Part shown: positions 27,430 to 36,106 of the stretch, in pieces
Position numbering within the stretch: position 1 is the first letter of the stretch
Layout of the letters: each line of letters begins with the position of its first letter
Source of the DNA: Coriobacteriia bacterium
GTDB lineage: Bacteria; Actinomycetota; Coriobacteriia; Anaerosomatales; PALSA-660
Length of the DNA: 59,650 bases
Direction: 5' to 3'
NCBI GenBank assembly: GCA_036508075.1
Contig: DATCIA010000098.1
Location: forward strand, 1 to 59,650
Notes under the pieces: generated by a model
What the model saw: only the letters and a program-made list of their open reading frames with translations
Database searches by the model: none
Told to the model about the DNA's origin: nothing
Made by a program: the position numbers and the translations under genes

Positions 27430-27439
27430 GCGTCTCCCC

Positions 27440-27487
27440 ACCCCTATATGTTGGTCTTCCACTAGGCTAGCACACAACATATGGGGC
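27440..27487 (-). promoter_or_regulatory. two candidate NrdR boxes upstream of nrdR
   Basis: ACCCCTATATGTTGGT (27440-27455) and ACACAACATATGGGGC (27472-27487). Both share a CAACATAT..GGGG core in inverted orientation. Centres are about 31-32 bp apart, as expected for tandem NrdR boxes. Match to acaCwAtATaTwGtgt is partial. Confidence 0.45.
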
Positions 27488-27580
27488 AACAATGGGGAGA
27501 GGGTGGCATTTCTGCACACTCCATGGTGTGCGCGGACGACCGGGACCGCCCCGGGGATCGACCCGATTCTTGGGCGTCGG

Positions 27581-28006
27581 CTACCGGGTGATCGTCGAGG
27601 GCCCGGCCTGCGCCAGGGCGTTGCCGCCTGACGATGACGCGGGCACTCGCAGCACGGTCCCGGGGGTCAGCGACGAGCTGCCCAAGGCGTTCGCGCGCGC
27701 GATGGCTTCGACGGTTGCTGCAGTCGTCGCACCGGGCTGCGGGTTCGCCCTCGCGATGGACCACAGCGTGTCGGAGGGAGAGACCCGGACCGAGATGGTG
27801 GTGGACGCGCCCGCTGGAACGCCGTCCCGCAACAGCGCCACCGCGCCGAGTCCCGCGACGAACAGCGCCAGCAGGATCATCCAGACGAGCGGGGCGATCC
27901 AGGATCCGGCTCCGTGATGAGACCGCCTCTGCGCGCGGCGTCGTTCCGCGACGGGGATCGAACGCCCCGTGCGCACTGCCGTCAGGCCCATCGCCGTGGT
28001 CGTCAT
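27581..28006 (-). CDS. LysM-domain membrane protein (ChiZ / YneA-like SOS cell-division inhibitor candidate)
   Basis: ORF 27581..28165 trimmed to ATG 28006 (GGGGAGGG RBS). R-rich N-terminus, TM WIAPLVWMILLALFVAGLGAV, C-terminal LysM (SPSDTLWSIARA...TPGTVLRVP). Divergent from lexA with SOS boxes between. Confidence 0.8.
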   Translation of the reverse strand: MTTTAMGLTAVRTGRSIPVAERRRAQRRSHHGAGSWIAPLVWMILLALFVAGLGAVALLRDGVPAGASTTISVRVSPSDTLWSIARANPQPGATTAATVEAIARANALGSSSLTPGTVLRVPASSSGGNALAQAGPSTITR

Positions 28007-28101
28007 TGCTCGTCCACCCTCCCCTATGCCGGTATCCCCGGCGCCCTGTGACTCTGTGCCCGCATCATGGGCTGCGGGTCTGACATCGGCACACACTCGT
28101 A

Positions 28102-28115
28102 CGAACACCTGTTCG
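28102..28115. promoter_or_regulatory. LexA (Cheo/SOS) box 1
   Basis: CGAACACCTGTTCG, a perfect CGAAC-N4-GTTCG palindrome. Confidence 0.75.
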
Positions 28116-28128
28116 ATTCGAACTATAG

Positions 28129-28142
28129 CGAACACGTGTTCG
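28129..28142. promoter_or_regulatory. LexA (Cheo/SOS) box 2
   Basis: CGAACACGTGTTCG, a perfect palindrome identical to the recA box at 42895. Confidence 0.8.
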
Positions 28143-28158
28143 CTATGCAAGCGGCAAT

Positions 28159-28172
28159 CGAACACGTGTTTG
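28159..28172. promoter_or_regulatory. LexA (Cheo/SOS) box 3
   Basis: CGAACACGTGTTTG, one mismatch. Overlaps the putative lexA -35. Confidence 0.6.
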
Positions 28173-28198
28173 CAGTGCGCACCGGGGCGCGCTACACT
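28170..28198 (+). promoter_or_regulatory. putative lexA promoter
   Basis: TTGCAG (28170-28175), 17 nt spacer, TACACT (28193-28198). Flanked and overlapped by SOS boxes 3 and 4. Confidence 0.4.
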
Positions 28199-28205
28199 CG
28201 CAAGC

Positions 28206-28219
28206 GGAACGCACGTTCG
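28206..28219. promoter_or_regulatory. LexA (Cheo/SOS) box 4
   Basis: GGAACGCACGTTCG, one mismatch. Lies between the putative lexA -10 and the ATG. Confidence 0.6.
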
Positions 28220-28236
28220 ATGAAAGGGGCGCGAGC

Positions 28237-28869
28237 ATGGCGCGCGATCGTGAACTCACCGACCGCCAGCGGCAGGTGCTCGACTTCATCAAGGCCGAGG
28301 TCGCACGGCAGGGCTTCCCGCCGACCGTCCGCGACATCGGCGCGGCCGTCGGCCTGCACTCGTCGTCGACGGTCCACGCGCACCTCGGCGCTCTCGAGGC
28401 GAAGGGCCTCATCAGGCGCGACCCGAGCAAGCCGCGCGCGCTCGAGGTCCTTGAGAAGGATGAGAAGCCGGCGCCCGTGGTGACCCTGCCCGCGAACGTC
28501 GTCCAGCTCCCCGTCGTCGGCGCCGTCGCCGCCGGTGTGCCTACGCTCGCAGCCGAGAACATCGAGACGGTCCTCTCGCTCCCGACCGAGCTCGTCAGGG
28601 ACGACGCGACCTTCGTGCTTCGCGTCAAGGGCGAGTCGATGATCGAGGCGGGCATCCTCGACGGGGACTACGTCGTGGTGCGCGAGCAGCCGACCGCCAT
28701 CAACGGCGAGATCGTTGTCGCGCAGATCGACGACGAGGCCACCGTGAAGCGCTTCTTCCGCGAGGCCGACCGGATCCGCCTGCAGCCGGAGAACTCTTCG
28801 ATGGAGCCGATCTATGCGCGGGACGTCCAGATCCTCGGCAAGGTCGTCGCGGTGTTCCGCCGGATGTAG
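28237..28869 (+). CDS. lexA: SOS repressor LexA
   Basis: wHTH N-terminus ([20 protein letters not shown]), VAAG cleavage site, GESM and VKRF catalytic Ser/Lys. Confidence 0.95.
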   Translation: MARDRELTDRQRQVLDFIKAEVARQGFPPTVRDIGAAVGLHSSSTVHAHLGALEAKGLIRRDPSKPRALEVLEKDEKPAPVVTLPANVVQLPVVGAVAAGVPTLAAENIETVLSLPTELVRDDATFVLRVKGESMIEAGILDGDYVVVREQPTAINGEIVVAQIDDEATVKRFFREADRIRLQPENSSMEPIYARDVQILGKVVAVFRRM

Positions 28870-28897
28870 ACGGTCTTCCCCGCAGCGCCCCGCTATG

Positions 28898-28927
28898 AAG
28901 AAGCGGCCCCAGGAGGGGCCGCTTCTT
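28898..28927. terminator. bidirectional terminator between lexA and hflX
   Basis: Perfect 13-bp stem AAGAAGCGGCCCC-agga-GGGGCCGCTTCTT. A/T-rich stem ends provide U-tracts in both orientations. Confidence 0.7.
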
Positions 28928-28942
28928 GTGTCTCCACGCTTA

Positions 28943-30259
28943 CTACTCAGGGGACGGTGGTCGCCGATGCTCGGCGAACGGTTCGAGCCGCCCGGCGACC
29001 TGCGGCCCGGCCCGGACGACCAGGCGCGTCCCCTCGGCGACGTGTTCCTCGGTGACGATCTGCGCATGCTCGTGGGCCATGGCGACGATATCGCCGCGGT
29101 CGTAGGGAACGAGGACGGTGAGGGTGATCGCCTGGCGGGCCGCCTCGGCGCCGACGCGGTCCCGCAGCTGGTCGATGCCCTCGCCGGTGAGCGCCGAGCA
29201 CAGCACGGCGTGCGGGTAGCGGGCCAGCAGGGCCGCCCGGGTGTCGGCGTCCATCGCATCGACCTTGTTGAACACGACGAGCGAAGGCGCGCGCGCCCCG
29301 ATCTCCCCGAGCACCTCGTCGACCGCCGCGATCTGGTCGAACGCCTGGGGGTGCGAGCCGTCCACCACGTGGACGAGCAGGTCGGCCTCGCGCACCTCGT
29401 CGAGCGTCGATTTGAAGGCCTCGACCAGTGAGTGCGGCAGCTTGTGGATGAAGCCGACGGTGTCCGTGACGGTGATGGTGCGCCCCTCGGGGAGCTCGAG
29501 CGTCCGGGTCGTCGCGTCGAGTGTGGCGAAGAGCTTGTCCGCGACGTAGACGTCAGCGTCGGTCAGGGCGTTGAGTGTCGTCGACTTGCCCGCGTTCGTG
29601 TAACCGACCAGCGCGATGCGGAAGACCCCGCTGCTCGCCCTGCGCTTGCGCTGCAGGGTCCGTTCCCCGGCCACGTGCTTGAGTTCGTGCTTCAGCTCGG
29701 AGATGCGCAGGCGCGCGAGCCGGCGGTCGGTCTCGAGTTGCGATTCGCCGGGTCCGCGGGTCATGACGCCGCCGCCCGCGTACTTGTCGAGGTGGCGCCA
29801 CAGGCCGCGCAGCCGAGGGAGCAGGTACTCCATCTGCGCGAGCGATACCTGCAGCTTGCCCTCGCGCGACGTGGCGTGCAGGGCGAAGATGTCGAGGATC
29901 AGCGCCGTGCGGTCGGCGATCTTGGTCTCGGGCACCATGTTCTCGATGTTGGCCTGCTGCGAGGGCGACAGGTCGTCGTCGAAGATCACGATGGTGGCCT
30001 CCAAGTCCTGTACGACCTGCGTGACCTCCTCGAGCTTGCCCTTGCCGATGAACGTGCGCGAGTCGGGGGCGCCCATCTTCTGCGTGAGTCGGGCGATTAC
30101 TGTGGCGCCCGCGGTGTCCGCGAGGCGCTCCAGCTCGTCGAGCGACTCCTCGACGCTCCATGCGCGGCCGCGCCCCCGATCGACCGCGACGAGCACCGCG
30201 CGGTCCTCGAAGTGCTCGGTCACGGTGTGCGGCGGGAAACGATCGGGGTTGGTCGACAT
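28943..30259 (-). CDS. hflX: GTPase HflX
   Basis: 438 aa. HflX N-domain, G1 GYTNAGKSTTLN, DTVGFI. Confidence 0.95.
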   Translation of the reverse strand: MSTNPDRFPPHTVTEHFEDRAVLVAVDRGRGRAWSVEESLDELERLADTAGATVIARLTQKMGAPDSRTFIGKGKLEEVTQVVQDLEATIVIFDDDLSPSQQANIENMVPETKIADRTALILDIFALHATSREGKLQVSLAQMEYLLPRLRGLWRHLDKYAGGGVMTRGPGESQLETDRRLARLRISELKHELKHVAGERTLQRKRRASSGVFRIALVGYTNAGKSTTLNALTDADVYVADKLFATLDATTRTLELPEGRTITVTDTVGFIHKLPHSLVEAFKSTLDEVREADLLVHVVDGSHPQAFDQIAAVDEVLGEIGARAPSLVVFNKVDAMDADTRAALLARYPHAVLCSALTGEGIDQLRDRVGAEAARQAITLTVLVPYDRGDIVAMAHEHAQIVTEEHVAEGTRLVVRAGPQVAGRLEPFAEHRRPPSPE

Positions 30260-30278
30260 AGGTGGGGCTTGAGCTCCC

Positions 30279-31436
30279 TTACAGAGAGGCCTTGATGCGC
30301 TCGATGGCTTCGGCGAGGCGGTCGTCCGGCGTGGTTAGCGAGATGCGGATGAAGCCTTCGCCGTCGGGGCCGTACGCCGAGCCGGCGGGAACGACCACGT
30401 TGGCCTTTTCAAGGATGTGGGTGGCGAACTCGGCGGAGGTGTAGCTGGTCGGCACCTTGGCCCAGACGTAGATGGTCGCCTTCGGAACGGCGGCTTCGAT
30501 CCCGATCTTGCCGAGCGCGTCCATCACGAGGTCGCGGCGCTTCTGGTACATGGCGCACAGCGCGTCGATCTCCGACTGCGGGCCTGAGAACGCTTCGATG
30601 GCCGCGTCCTGTATCGCGGTGAACACGCCCGAGTCGATGTTGCTCTTCACGGTGCCGAGCGCCTTGATCGCCGCGGCGTTGCCGCAGGCGAACGCGACAC
30701 GCCAGCCGGTCATGTTGAAGGCCTTGCTCGTGGAGAAGAACTCGATCGCCACGTCCTTGGCGCCGGGGCGCTGCAGGAAGCTCGACGCGCGGTAGCCGTC
30801 GTAGCCGATCTCGGAGTAGGCGTTGTCGTGGATGATCAGGATGTCGTTGGCCTTCGCGAACGCGATGGCGCGATCGAAGTACTCGTCGTTGGCGATGGCC
30901 GACGTCGGATTGTTCGGGTAGCTGAGGAACATCATCTTGGCGCGCGCGAGGATGTCCTTCGGCGTGGACTCGAAGTCGGCGAGGAAGCCGTTGCCCTCGT
31001 TCATCGGCATCCAGTAGGTCTCGCCGCCGGCGAGGATCCCGCCGGTGTAGTAGACGGGATAGCCACAGCCGGGAACGAGCGTCACGTCACCGGGGTCCAC
31101 GAAGGCGAGGAAGGCGTGCGCGATGCCTTCCTTGCTGCCGATGAGGGCCAGGGTCTCGGTGGTGGGGTCGACGTCGACGCCGAATCGGCGCTTCATCCAC
31201 CCCGAGCACGCCTCGCGGTAGGGCTGCGAGCCGTAGTAGCTCGGGTACTGGTGGTTCTTCGGCACGTGGATCGCGCGGCCCATCGCCTCGACGATGCGCT
31301 CGGGCGTGGGGCGGTCGGGATCGCCGATGCCCAAGGAGATGACGTCGATGCCCTGCGCCTTCTTCAGGCCGACCTTCCGGTCGATCTCGGCGAACAGGTA
31401 CGGGGGCAGGTTCGCGATGCGGTTGGCGGTCCTCAC
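30279..31436 (-). CDS. dapL: LL-diaminopimelate aminotransferase
   Basis: ..IANLPPYLFAEIDRKV..GIGDPDRPTP..SYPNNPT..FSTSKAFNMTGWR. Start set to GTG 31436 (GAGAGGA upstream); ATG 31502 is an alternative. The rest of ORF 30279..32189 overlaps dapF and is rejected. Confidence 0.85.
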   Translation of the reverse strand: MRTANRIANLPPYLFAEIDRKVGLKKAQGIDVISLGIGDPDRPTPERIVEAMGRAIHVPKNHQYPSYYGSQPYREACSGWMKRRFGVDVDPTTETLALIGSKEGIAHAFLAFVDPGDVTLVPGCGYPVYYTGGILAGGETYWMPMNEGNGFLADFESTPKDILARAKMMFLSYPNNPTSAIANDEYFDRAIAFAKANDILIIHDNAYSEIGYDGYRASSFLQRPGAKDVAIEFFSTSKAFNMTGWRVAFACGNAAAIKALGTVKSNIDSGVFTAIQDAAIEAFSGPQSEIDALCAMYQKRRDLVMDALGKIGIEAAVPKATIYVWAKVPTSYTSAEFATHILEKANVVVPAGSAYGPDGEGFIRISLTTPDDRLAEAIERIKASL

Positions 31437-31552
31437 GACTGATGGGTCCTCTCGCCGAAGTCTCGTATCGACACCGGGCGCGCGGCCCGGAGTGGGGCAC
31501 ATGGTAACACCGCTCCCTCGTACGCGAGACGCGAGGGCTGCTCGCGGGTGCG

Positions 31553-32410
31553 TCAGTCCTCGTCCGGGATGCGCCAGACGCCTTCGAAGACGTCCTCCGC
31601 TGGTCCCGTCATGAAGACGTTGCCTCCCTCGGGCCACTCGATGCGCAACTCGCCGCCGGGGAGCTCGATGATCGCGCTGCGGCCGCACCTGCCGGTGAGC
31701 ACGCCGGCGACCAGCGTGGCGCATGCTCCGGTGCCGCAAGCCAGCGTCTCCCCCACCCCACGCTCCCACACACGAAGCCTGATCCTTCCCGGGTCCGCGA
31801 TCTGCGCGAACTCGACGTTGGTGGCGCGGGGGAACGCTTCCAGCTCCTCGATGGCCGGTCCGAGCGTCGTGACCGGAGCCTCGTCCACGTCGTCGACCCA
31901 CAGCACCGCGTGCGGGTTGCCCATCGAAACGCAAGTCACGTCCGCCTCTCCGGCGTCGGTGGAGACGTGGGCGTCCACGACCGGGTCTCCCGGGAGCGTC
32001 GTCGGGACCTCGGAGGCTCGCAGTATCGGCGCACCCATGTCCACGCGCGCCAGCGCGAAGGCGCCTCCGGCGTCCGGGATGACGTCGATGACCTTCAGCC
32101 CGCCGAGGGTCTGGACCGTGAGACGTCCGTTCTCGACCAGACCGCGGTCGTCGAGGTACTTGGCGAAGACGCGGATGCCGTTGCCGCACATCTCGGCGAG
32201 CGATCCATCCGCGTTGCTGTAGAGCATGAAGAAGTCGGCGTCAGGGTCGGTGGCCGTCCGGACGAGGATCAGTCCGTCGGCGCCGATGCCGAAGTGCCGG
32301 TCGCACAGCATGGCGACGGCGGAGGGGTCGAGGGCGAGCGCCCCGGCGCGGTCGTCGACGACGACGAAATCGTTGCCGCAGCCGTGCATCTTGGTGAAAG
32401 CGAGTTCCAT
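31553..32410 (-). CDS. dapF: diaminopimelate epimerase
   Basis: FTKMHGCGNDFVVVD, MCGNGIR, ACGTGACA catalytic Cys motifs. Confidence 0.95.
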   Translation of the reverse strand: MELAFTKMHGCGNDFVVVDDRAGALALDPSAVAMLCDRHFGIGADGLILVRTATDPDADFFMLYSNADGSLAEMCGNGIRVFAKYLDDRGLVENGRLTVQTLGGLKVIDVIPDAGGAFALARVDMGAPILRASEVPTTLPGDPVVDAHVSTDAGEADVTCVSMGNPHAVLWVDDVDEAPVTTLGPAIEELEAFPRATNVEFAQIADPGRIRLRVWERGVGETLACGTGACATLVAGVLTGRCGRSAIIELPGGELRIEWPEGGNVFMTGPAEDVFEGVWRIPDED

Positions 32411-32450
32411 CTCGGTCTCCGGTCTGCAGCCTGTGCGCCAGTCGCGGCCT

Positions 32451-33374
32451 CTACCTCGATTCTACCAGCGCCTGCGCGGCCGAGACGGTGTCGGGGGATG
32501 ACAGCTCGGTTACGTCGATCCACTCGATACGGGGGTCGGCGCGGAACCATGTCAGCTGCCGCTTGGCGTAGCGTCGCGTCGCCTGCTTGATCGCTGCGAC
32601 GGCTTCCTCCAGTTCCGCTCCGGCTTCGACGACCGGGACGAGTTCCTTGTAGCCGATGGCCTGCGCGGCCGTCAGCGCTTGCCGGTATCCCGACGCGAGC
32701 AGCGTACGTACCTCGTCGAGCAGCCCATCCGCGACCATCGCGTCGACCCGGGTATCGATGCGCGCGTACAGAGCGGAGCGCTGCATCGTCAACCCGATCA
32801 GCTTGGCGGGAACCTCTGTCCGGCGCTCCGAGAAGTGGGTCGCCTGCTCGGCGTAGGTGGGCCCGCCGGTCTCCAGCAGCTCGAGCGCGCGCACCACCCG
32901 TCGGACGTTGTTTGGGTGGATGAGCGCCGCCGACTCAGGGTCGCGCTGCTCCAGCAGCCGGTGCAGCCCTTCGCGTCCCAGCGCCTCCGCCCGACGCTCG
33001 ATCGCCTCTCGCACCGGCGAGACGTACTCGCCCATGGGGAACTCCATCGCGTCGAGGGCAGCGCGGACGTAGAGCCCGGTGCCGCCGACGAGCACGGCCG
33101 AGCGACCGCGCGCGTCGATGTCCGCGAGTGCGGCCCGGGCGTCGCGCTGGTACAGCGCGGCGGAGTACGGCGAACCCGGGTCCACGAGGTCGATGCAGTG
33201 GTAGGGGACGAGGCGCGCGTCGGGAGGCATCTTGGCCGTGCCGATGTCCATCCCGCGGTAGACCTGCATCGAGTCCGCGGAGACGATCTCGCCGCCGAGT
33301 GCCAGGGCCAGGCCCTCGGCCACCGCGGACTTGCCCACGGCGGTGGGGCCGACGACCGCCGCGACGTCACGCAT
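32451..33374 (-). CDS. miaA: tRNA dimethylallyltransferase
   Basis: VVGPTAVGKSAVAE P-loop; SADSMQVYRGMDIGTAK. Confidence 0.95.
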   Translation of the reverse strand: MRDVAAVVGPTAVGKSAVAEGLALALGGEIVSADSMQVYRGMDIGTAKMPPDARLVPYHCIDLVDPGSPYSAALYQRDARAALADIDARGRSAVLVGGTGLYVRAALDAMEFPMGEYVSPVREAIERRAEALGREGLHRLLEQRDPESAALIHPNNVRRVVRALELLETGGPTYAEQATHFSERRTEVPAKLIGLTMQRSALYARIDTRVDAMVADGLLDEVRTLLASGYRQALTAAQAIGYKELVPVVEAGAELEEAVAAIKQATRRYAKRQLTWFRADPRIEWIDVTELSSPDTVSAAQALVESR

Positions 33375-34743
33375 ACCGGTCGACCTTGAAGCGCTCGAGA
33401 TCGATGGGCTCGTCGCCGGTGATGCCCGCCTTGCTCATGGCGATCGAGACCTGGTCTTCGGCGGTGTCCACGCCCTCGAGATCCGGCAGCAGGAGGCCCC
33501 GACGCCAGCCGCGGGTGGTGATGACGCCGTAGACCTTCGGATCGAGGTCGTCGAGGGAATCGATCCGCTCGGCCGGATGCAGCACGTCCACGGTCATCTC
33601 CAGTTCATCAAGTTCGTCGGGCCGTACGGGCGGGAACCGCGGGTCGGCCGTCGCGGCCTGCACCGCGTTGTGGATGATCTCCTCCGGGAGGCTGGGCGCC
33701 GTCGGTCCTATGGTGCCGATGCAGCCACGTAGGAGGCCTCCTATGTGCAGCGAGACGAAGGCGCCCGCACGCTTCGGGAGCGCGGGGTCGTCGAATGCCG
33801 GTACCGGCGGTGTGGTCCTGTGGAGCACGTACTGTTCGATCGTCGCGCGCGCGAGGCTGACCGGGGCGGACTCCGCGTCGCCCTTGCTCCCGCCCTTCGA
33901 GCCTGCGGGAGGCGTGTAGGCAGGCATGCCCTCGAGCTCCTCCACGGGCGCGGCGACCGCGGTCAGGTATCCGACGCCCCACGGCCCTTCGTAGGACAGG
34001 ACACGCGTCACGGCGCCGGTGCCCTCGAGGAAGCCGCCGAGGACGAGGAACGAGCGCCACCCGCACTCCCCTGCCTCCTCGCGCAGGCCCTCGTCCATCC
34101 GCGCGACGGCCGCGTAGTCGGAGCGGGCCAGCAGGGTCGCGAGCTCCTCGTCGAACAGGTGCGCGCGCGGCGAGTAGCCCGCGGGCGCCTCGCGGGTCAG
34201 GCGATGGCTGCAGTCCCCGCTCGCGACGAGCGCGACTCTGCGGCCGGTCCGAAGGGCGGCGCGCCGTATGGCGCGTCCGAAGTCCGCGTGGTCGGCCGCG
34301 GGCAGCAGGGCGAACGTCGCTACGACGAGGTCGTAGCGCGAACCCGGATCGAGGAAGCTCATCGGCACGAGGACGCCGTGGTCGAGCTCCCGGTCCAAAG
34401 TCGGGTACTGCTCGCGCGCGACGATCGGCAGGTCGCCTGCCTCGGCGATGATGGCCTGCGCGAGCTCCGGGTCGCCGGAGACCGCGTGTGCGGTACGGGG
34501 CGCGCGGAAGCGTGCGAGGTTGCCGCTGACCGCGCTCGCGGTCGTCACGGTGAAGGCGTCGGAGAACCCTGGCGCGTGCGGGGAGACGATGACGACGGTC
34601 TGCGGCGCGAAGCGCTCGAGCAATGCGGCGGCGGAGCGCAAGGCGGCTGCGGAGGCGGCGGTGACGCGGGCGTCCGCTCCCCCTACCTCCTCGACCATGA
34701 TCGGCGGATGCGGTGCGATGATCCCGAGCACGTCGAACGGCAT
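33367..34743 (-). CDS. fusion protein: class III extradiol dioxygenase (LigB)-like N-domain + AMMECR1 C-domain
   Basis: ORF trimmed to ATG 34743 (GGGAGGAG RBS). N-half IIAPHPPIMV..VVIVSPHAPG..ASGDCSHRL. C-half AMMECR1 pattern GAFVSLH..LRGCIGTIGP. 8-nt overlap with the miaA start. Confidence 0.85.
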   Translation of the reverse strand: MPFDVLGIIAPHPPIMVEEVGGADARVTAASAAALRSAAALLERFAPQTVVIVSPHAPGFSDAFTVTTASAVSGNLARFRAPRTAHAVSGDPELAQAIIAEAGDLPIVAREQYPTLDRELDHGVLVPMSFLDPGSRYDLVVATFALLPAADHADFGRAIRRAALRTGRRVALVASGDCSHRLTREAPAGYSPRAHLFDEELATLLARSDYAAVARMDEGLREEAGECGWRSFLVLGGFLEGTGAVTRVLSYEGPWGVGYLTAVAAPVEELEGMPAYTPPAGSKGGSKGDAESAPVSLARATIEQYVLHRTTPPVPAFDDPALPKRAGAFVSLHIGGLLRGCIGTIGPTAPSLPEEIIHNAVQAATADPRFPPVRPDELDELEMTVDVLHPAERIDSLDDLDPKVYGVITTRGWRRGLLLPDLEGVDTAEDQVSIAMSKAGITGDEPIDLERFKVDRYA

Positions 34744-34774
34744 GGCTGCTCCTCCCCTCAACGGTGCGACCGGA

Positions 34775-36106
34775 TCAGGCCTCACTGTTGAGCGTACCCA
34801 TGCAGAACCAGGTCTGTGCGTCATCGATGCGGATGTCGACGAGCATTCCAGCCAGCTGATCCGGTGCCACGCCGGCGGGCAGGGGTACGTGGACCACCTT
34901 GTTCCCGCCAGTCCGGCCCGTCAGGACGCGTGGATCACGCTTGCTCGGGCCCTCGAGCAGCACCCGCTGAACGGTGCCGATGAGCGGCACGTTCTTGGCG
35001 AGCGCAAGGGCCTGGATCTCGGTGACGAGGCGGTCGAACCGGGGCTGGGTGAGCTCGCGCGGCACCTGATCGGTCATGGAGGCCGCGGGCGTGCCCGCAC
35101 GCGGGCTGTAGATGAATGTGAAGGCGGCGTCGTAGCGTGCCGCCTTGACCGTGTTCATGGTCTCCTCGAAATCGGCGTCCGTCTCTCCCGGGAATCCCAC
35201 GATCACATCGGTCGTGAGAGCGAGACCCGGCATGGACACGTAGAGACGTTCGACCAGCGCGAGGTAGCTCTCCTGAGTGTAGTGGCGGTTCATCGCCTTG
35301 AGGATGCGGTCGGAGCCCGACTGCACCGGCAGGTGCAGGTGGCGGCAGACCTGCGGGGTCTCGGCCATCGCCCGGATGGTCTCGTCAGAGAGGTCCTTGG
35401 GATGGCTGGTGGTGAAGCGCACGCGCTCCACACCGGCCGCGGCGACGGCTCTCAGCAGCTCCGCGAACCGGGGCGTCCCGTAGAGGTCACGGCCGTAGGA
35501 GTTGACGTTCTGACCGAGCAACGTCACCTCGACCACGCCGTCCGCGGCGAGGCGGCGGACCTCCGAGACGATGTCCTCGAGCGTGCGGGAGCGCTCGCGT
35601 CCTCGCACGTAGGGCACGATGCAGTAGGTGCAGAAGTTGTTGCAGCCCACGGCGATCGGGACCCAGGCGTGCCACGGGTGCTCGCGCTCGGAGGGAAGCT
35701 CAGAGGTGAAGTCGCCCTCGGACGGGTCGTCGACCTCCACGACGGGGCCGGGTGAGCCGGCTGCGGCGTCCAGGAGCGCCGGCAGGTGCGCGAGGTTGTG
35801 GGTGCCGAAGACGACGTCGATCTGGGGGAGCGTGCGCAGCAGGGTCTCCCCGTCGCGCTGGCCGATGCACCCGCCCACCGCGATGACCGTGCCCCGCTCC
35901 CGTCGAATGCCCGACAGCGAACTGACCTGTCCGTAGAGACGCTCGTCGGCGTTCTCGCGTACGCAGCAGGTGTTGAAGACGACGACGTCGGCCACTTCGC
36001 CCGTGGGCACGGGCGTCATGCCGCGCGCCAACAGCATGCCGGCGATGCGTTCGGAGTCGTGTTTGTTCATCTGGCACCCGAGGGTGCGGACGTCGAAGGT
36101 GCTCAT
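34775..36106 (-). CDS. miaB: tRNA-2-methylthio-N6-dimethylallyladenosine synthase
   Basis: TLGCQMNKHDSE, radical-SAM GCNNFCTYCIVP, C-terminal TRAM. Confidence 0.95.
   Translation of the reverse strand: MSTFDVRTLGCQMNKHDSERIAGMLLARGMTPVPTGEVADVVVFNTCCVRENADERLYGQVSSLSGIRRERGTVIAVGGCIGQRDGETLLRTLPQIDVVFGTHNLAHLPALLDAAAGSPGPVVEVDDPSEGDFTSELPSEREHPWHAWVPIAVGCNNFCTYCIVPYVRGRERSRTLEDIVSEVRRLAADGVVEVTLLGQNVNSYGRDLYGTPRFAELLRAVAAAGVERVRFTTSHPKDLSDETIRAMAETPQVCRHLHLPVQSGSDRILKAMNRHYTQESYLALVERLYVSMPGLALTTDVIVGFPGETDADFEETMNTVKAARYDAAFTFIYSPRAGTPAASMTDQVPRELTQPRFDRLVTEIQALALAKNVPLIGTVQRVLLEGPSKRDPRVLTGRTGGNKVVHVPLPAGVAPDQLAGMLVDIRIDDAQTWFCMGTLNSEA

Noticed and set aside
30279-32189. N-terminal extensions suggested by the ORF track for several genes: dapL to 32189, cinA to 45295, rnj to 53028, VanW from 1594, the dac gene from 6329, iorB from 19614, hpt from 15265, AMMECR1 to 34824, spoVS to 37320.
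   Set aside because: The extensions overlap the preceding conserved gene and/or are Arg/Pro-rich. Internal starts with Shine-Dalgarno sequences give N-termini matching the families.
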